Shown here in pieces: positions 45,841 to 47,521 of a stretch of 47,521 nt of DNA; the stretch's first letter is position 1; each line of letters opens with the position of its first letter. The position numbers and the translations under genes are program-made. The notes beneath the pieces are model-generated. The model made no database searches, was not told where the DNA came from, and saw only the letters and a program-made list of their open reading frames with translations. This DNA comes from Pirellulales bacterium (GTDB lineage: Bacteria; Planctomycetota; Planctomycetia; Pirellulales; UBA1268), in contig JBILVW010000001.1 of NCBI GenBank assembly GCA_044370205.1, positions 1-47,521 on the forward strand. Direction: 5' to 3'.

Positions 45841-47247
45841 ATGGCCGACCTCCCCCACTTCTCGTCGTCGTCCGCCCCGTCATCTCCGGCCGACGGCCCC
45901 TGGTATCGCGGCATGACCCGCTACCACTGGTTCGTGCTCGTCGTGGCCGCGCTCGGCTGGCTGTTCGACTGCCTCGATCAGCAGCTCTTCAACCTCGCCC
46001 GCAAGCCGGCGATGGAGACGCTCCTGGCGACGGCCGGTGCCGCCGCCGATTCGAAGGCGGTGGACTTCTTCGGCGGCCTTTCGACCTGCATCTTCCTGGC
46101 CGGCTGGGCGACGGGCGGCCTCATCTTCGGCGTCGTGGGCGACCGGATCGGACGGGCGAAGACGATGATGATCACGATCCTCATCTATTCGCTCTGCACC
46201 GGCCTCTCGGCCCTCTCGCGGGGCTTCTGGGACTTCGCCTTCTACCGGTTCATCACGGGGCTCGGCGTGGGGGGCGAGTTCGCCGTCGGCGTGGCGCTCG
46301 TCGCGGAGGTGATGCCCGAGCGGGCGCGGCCCTACGCGCTCGGCCTGCTGCAGGCCCTGTCGGCCGTGGGCAACTTCGGCGCGGCCCTGATCGGCATCGG
46401 CCTCGGCCTGGCCCAGAAGTCGTTCGAGAACGGCCTGATCGGCGGCTGGGAGCCGTGGCGTTGGAAGTTCGTGATCGGGGCGCTGCCCGCGGTGCTGGCG
46501 CTGGTGATCCGGTCCGGGCTCAAGGAGCCGGAGCGGTGGCAGGAGATGAAGAAGCAAGCGGCCGCGGAGGGCACGTCGCTCGGCGGCTACGGGGCTTTGT
46601 TCGCCGACCCACGCTGGCGGAAGAATGCGATCATCGGCATGCTGCTGGCCTGTGCCGGCGTGATCGGCCTCTGGGGCATCGGGTTCTTCGCGATCGATCT
46701 GCAGCGGAGCGTGCTCAAGAAGTCGTTCGAGGCCCAGGGAGTCACCGGCAGCGATCTCGCCAGTAAGCTGACGATCTGGTCGGGCATCGCCTCCATGATG
46801 ATCCAGGTGGGGGCCTTCACGGGCATGATGCTCGCCGCCCGGATCTGCCAGCGGCTCGGCCGCCGGCCCTTCTTCGCGATCTTTTTCACCGCGGCGATGC
46901 TCTCGACGATGATGGTGTTCAGGTATCTCGACGACATCAGCGACTTCTGGTGGATGCTGCCCATCATGGGTTTCTTCCAGCTCTCACTGTTCGCGGGCTA
47001 CGCGATCTACTTCCCCGAGCTCTTCCCCACGCGGCTGCGGAGCACGGGCACGAGCTTCTGCTACAACGTCGGCCGGTTCGTGGCGGCCAGCGGGCCGTTC
47101 CTGCTCGGCCAGCTTTCGAGCACCGTGTTCTCCGGATCGCCGGAGCCGATGCGGCCGGCGGGGCTGCTCATGTGCTTCATCTTTCTGCTCGGACTGGCCG
47201 TGCTGCCGTTCGCGCCGGAAACGAAAGGCCGGCCGCTGCCGGAGTGA
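45841..47247 (+). CDS. MFS transporter
   Basis: 468 aa from the ATG at 45841. 12 predicted TM segments and the MFS loop motif GDRIGRAKTM between TM2 and TM3. Confidence 0.88.
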   Translation: MADLPHFSSSSAPSSPADGPWYRGMTRYHWFVLVVAALGWLFDCLDQQLFNLARKPAMETLLATAGAAADSKAVDFFGGLSTCIFLAGWATGGLIFGVVGDRIGRAKTMMITILIYSLCTGLSALSRGFWDFAFYRFITGLGVGGEFAVGVALVAEVMPERARPYALGLLQALSAVGNFGAALIGIGLGLAQKSFENGLIGGWEPWRWKFVIGALPAVLALVIRSGLKEPERWQEMKKQAAAEGTSLGGYGALFADPRWRKNAIIGMLLACAGVIGLWGIGFFAIDLQRSVLKKSFEAQGVTGSDLASKLTIWSGIASMMIQVGAFTGMMLAARICQRLGRRPFFAIFFTAAMLSTMMVFRYLDDISDFWWMLPIMGFFQLSLFAGYAIYFPELFPTRLRSTGTSFCYNVGRFVAASGPFLLGQLSSTVFSGSPEPMRPAGLLMCFIFLLGLAVLPFAPETKGRPLPE

Positions 47248-47261
47248 GGCGGCAGGCCCCG

Positions 47262-47468
47262 CCGACGCTTCCGCGTCGGGATCCCCCGGCTTGCGCCTGG
47301 GGGCTTCTATCGACACAAGCCCCGAGCGGAAGCGAGGGGATCCCGTCCACACAAGCCCCGAGCGGAAGCGAGGGGATCCCGTCCACGCAAGCCCCGAGCG
47401 GAAGCGAGGGGATCCCGTCCACACAAGCCCTGAGCGGAAGCGAGGGGATCCCGCGGCAGAAGCCGCGG
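47262..47468. repeat. Family-1 hairpin array, 36-nt-period variant
   Basis: CCGACGC-ttcc-GCGTCGG (47262-47279). Inverted canonical unit (47280-47310). Four forward units acacaagCCCCGAGCGGAAGCGAGGGGatcccgtcc (47313-47452). CCGCGGC-agaa-GCCGCGG (47451-47468). Confidence 0.9.
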
Positions 47469-47521
47469 ACGGGTCGCCGGATCATCAACCCCGTCGACAT
47501 TTTCCCGTACAATCCGGGCTC

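Overview
GC-rich bacterial chromosomal segment. The protein families (BBP7-like beta-barrel, DUF1598- and DUF1570-like exported proteins, ECF sigma, FHA and LysM proteins) suggest Planctomycetota; this is inference from family recall, not a search. I support about 40 CDS, almost all housekeeping. They include kdsB (fragment), aroG, pyrG, folD, an MsbA-like ABC exporter, an FGGY sugar kinase and an APS/PAPS reductase. They also include an argB-argD-argF operon, uvrC, two phosphohexomutase paralogs, a sulfotransferase, an ECF sigma factor, an S41 protease, folC and pterin-4a-carbinolamine dehydratase. The remainder covers a divergent epmB/efp pair, dnaE, a TPP-dependent 2-keto-acid decarboxylase, a PncC-like/NadD-like fusion and a Gfo-Idh-MocA / TIM-barrel isomerase / MFS operon. 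There is one tRNA-Arg(UCG). I see no cas genes, transposase, integrase, reverse transcriptase, toxin-antitoxin pair or recognisable defence cluster, so I cannot point to a new protein-coding system. What stands out is non-coding: many intergenic spacers are occupied by one of three families of structured repeats. Family 1 is a set of short GC hairpins with GNRA-type loops and conserved ACAAG / GGATC flanks, found as tandem arrays and inverted doublets at 8 loci (REP/REPIN-like). Family 2 is a set of roughly 130-bp elements with terminal inverted repeats and internal AGCGAA sub-repeats (4 copies). Family 3 is a long bulged hairpin with a strictly conserved asymmetric internal loop and compensatory stem changes (3 copies). 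Two family-3 copies sit about 65 nt upstream of the start codons of aroG and of a small-ORF/aromatic-type 2-keto-acid decarboxylase operon. Family 3 is my best candidate for something undescribed (cis-regulatory RNA or DNA element versus a small MITE). A 26-bp duplication of the tRNA-Arg 3' end marks an att-like scar. All coordinates for repeats and starts were derived by hand from the printed sequence.
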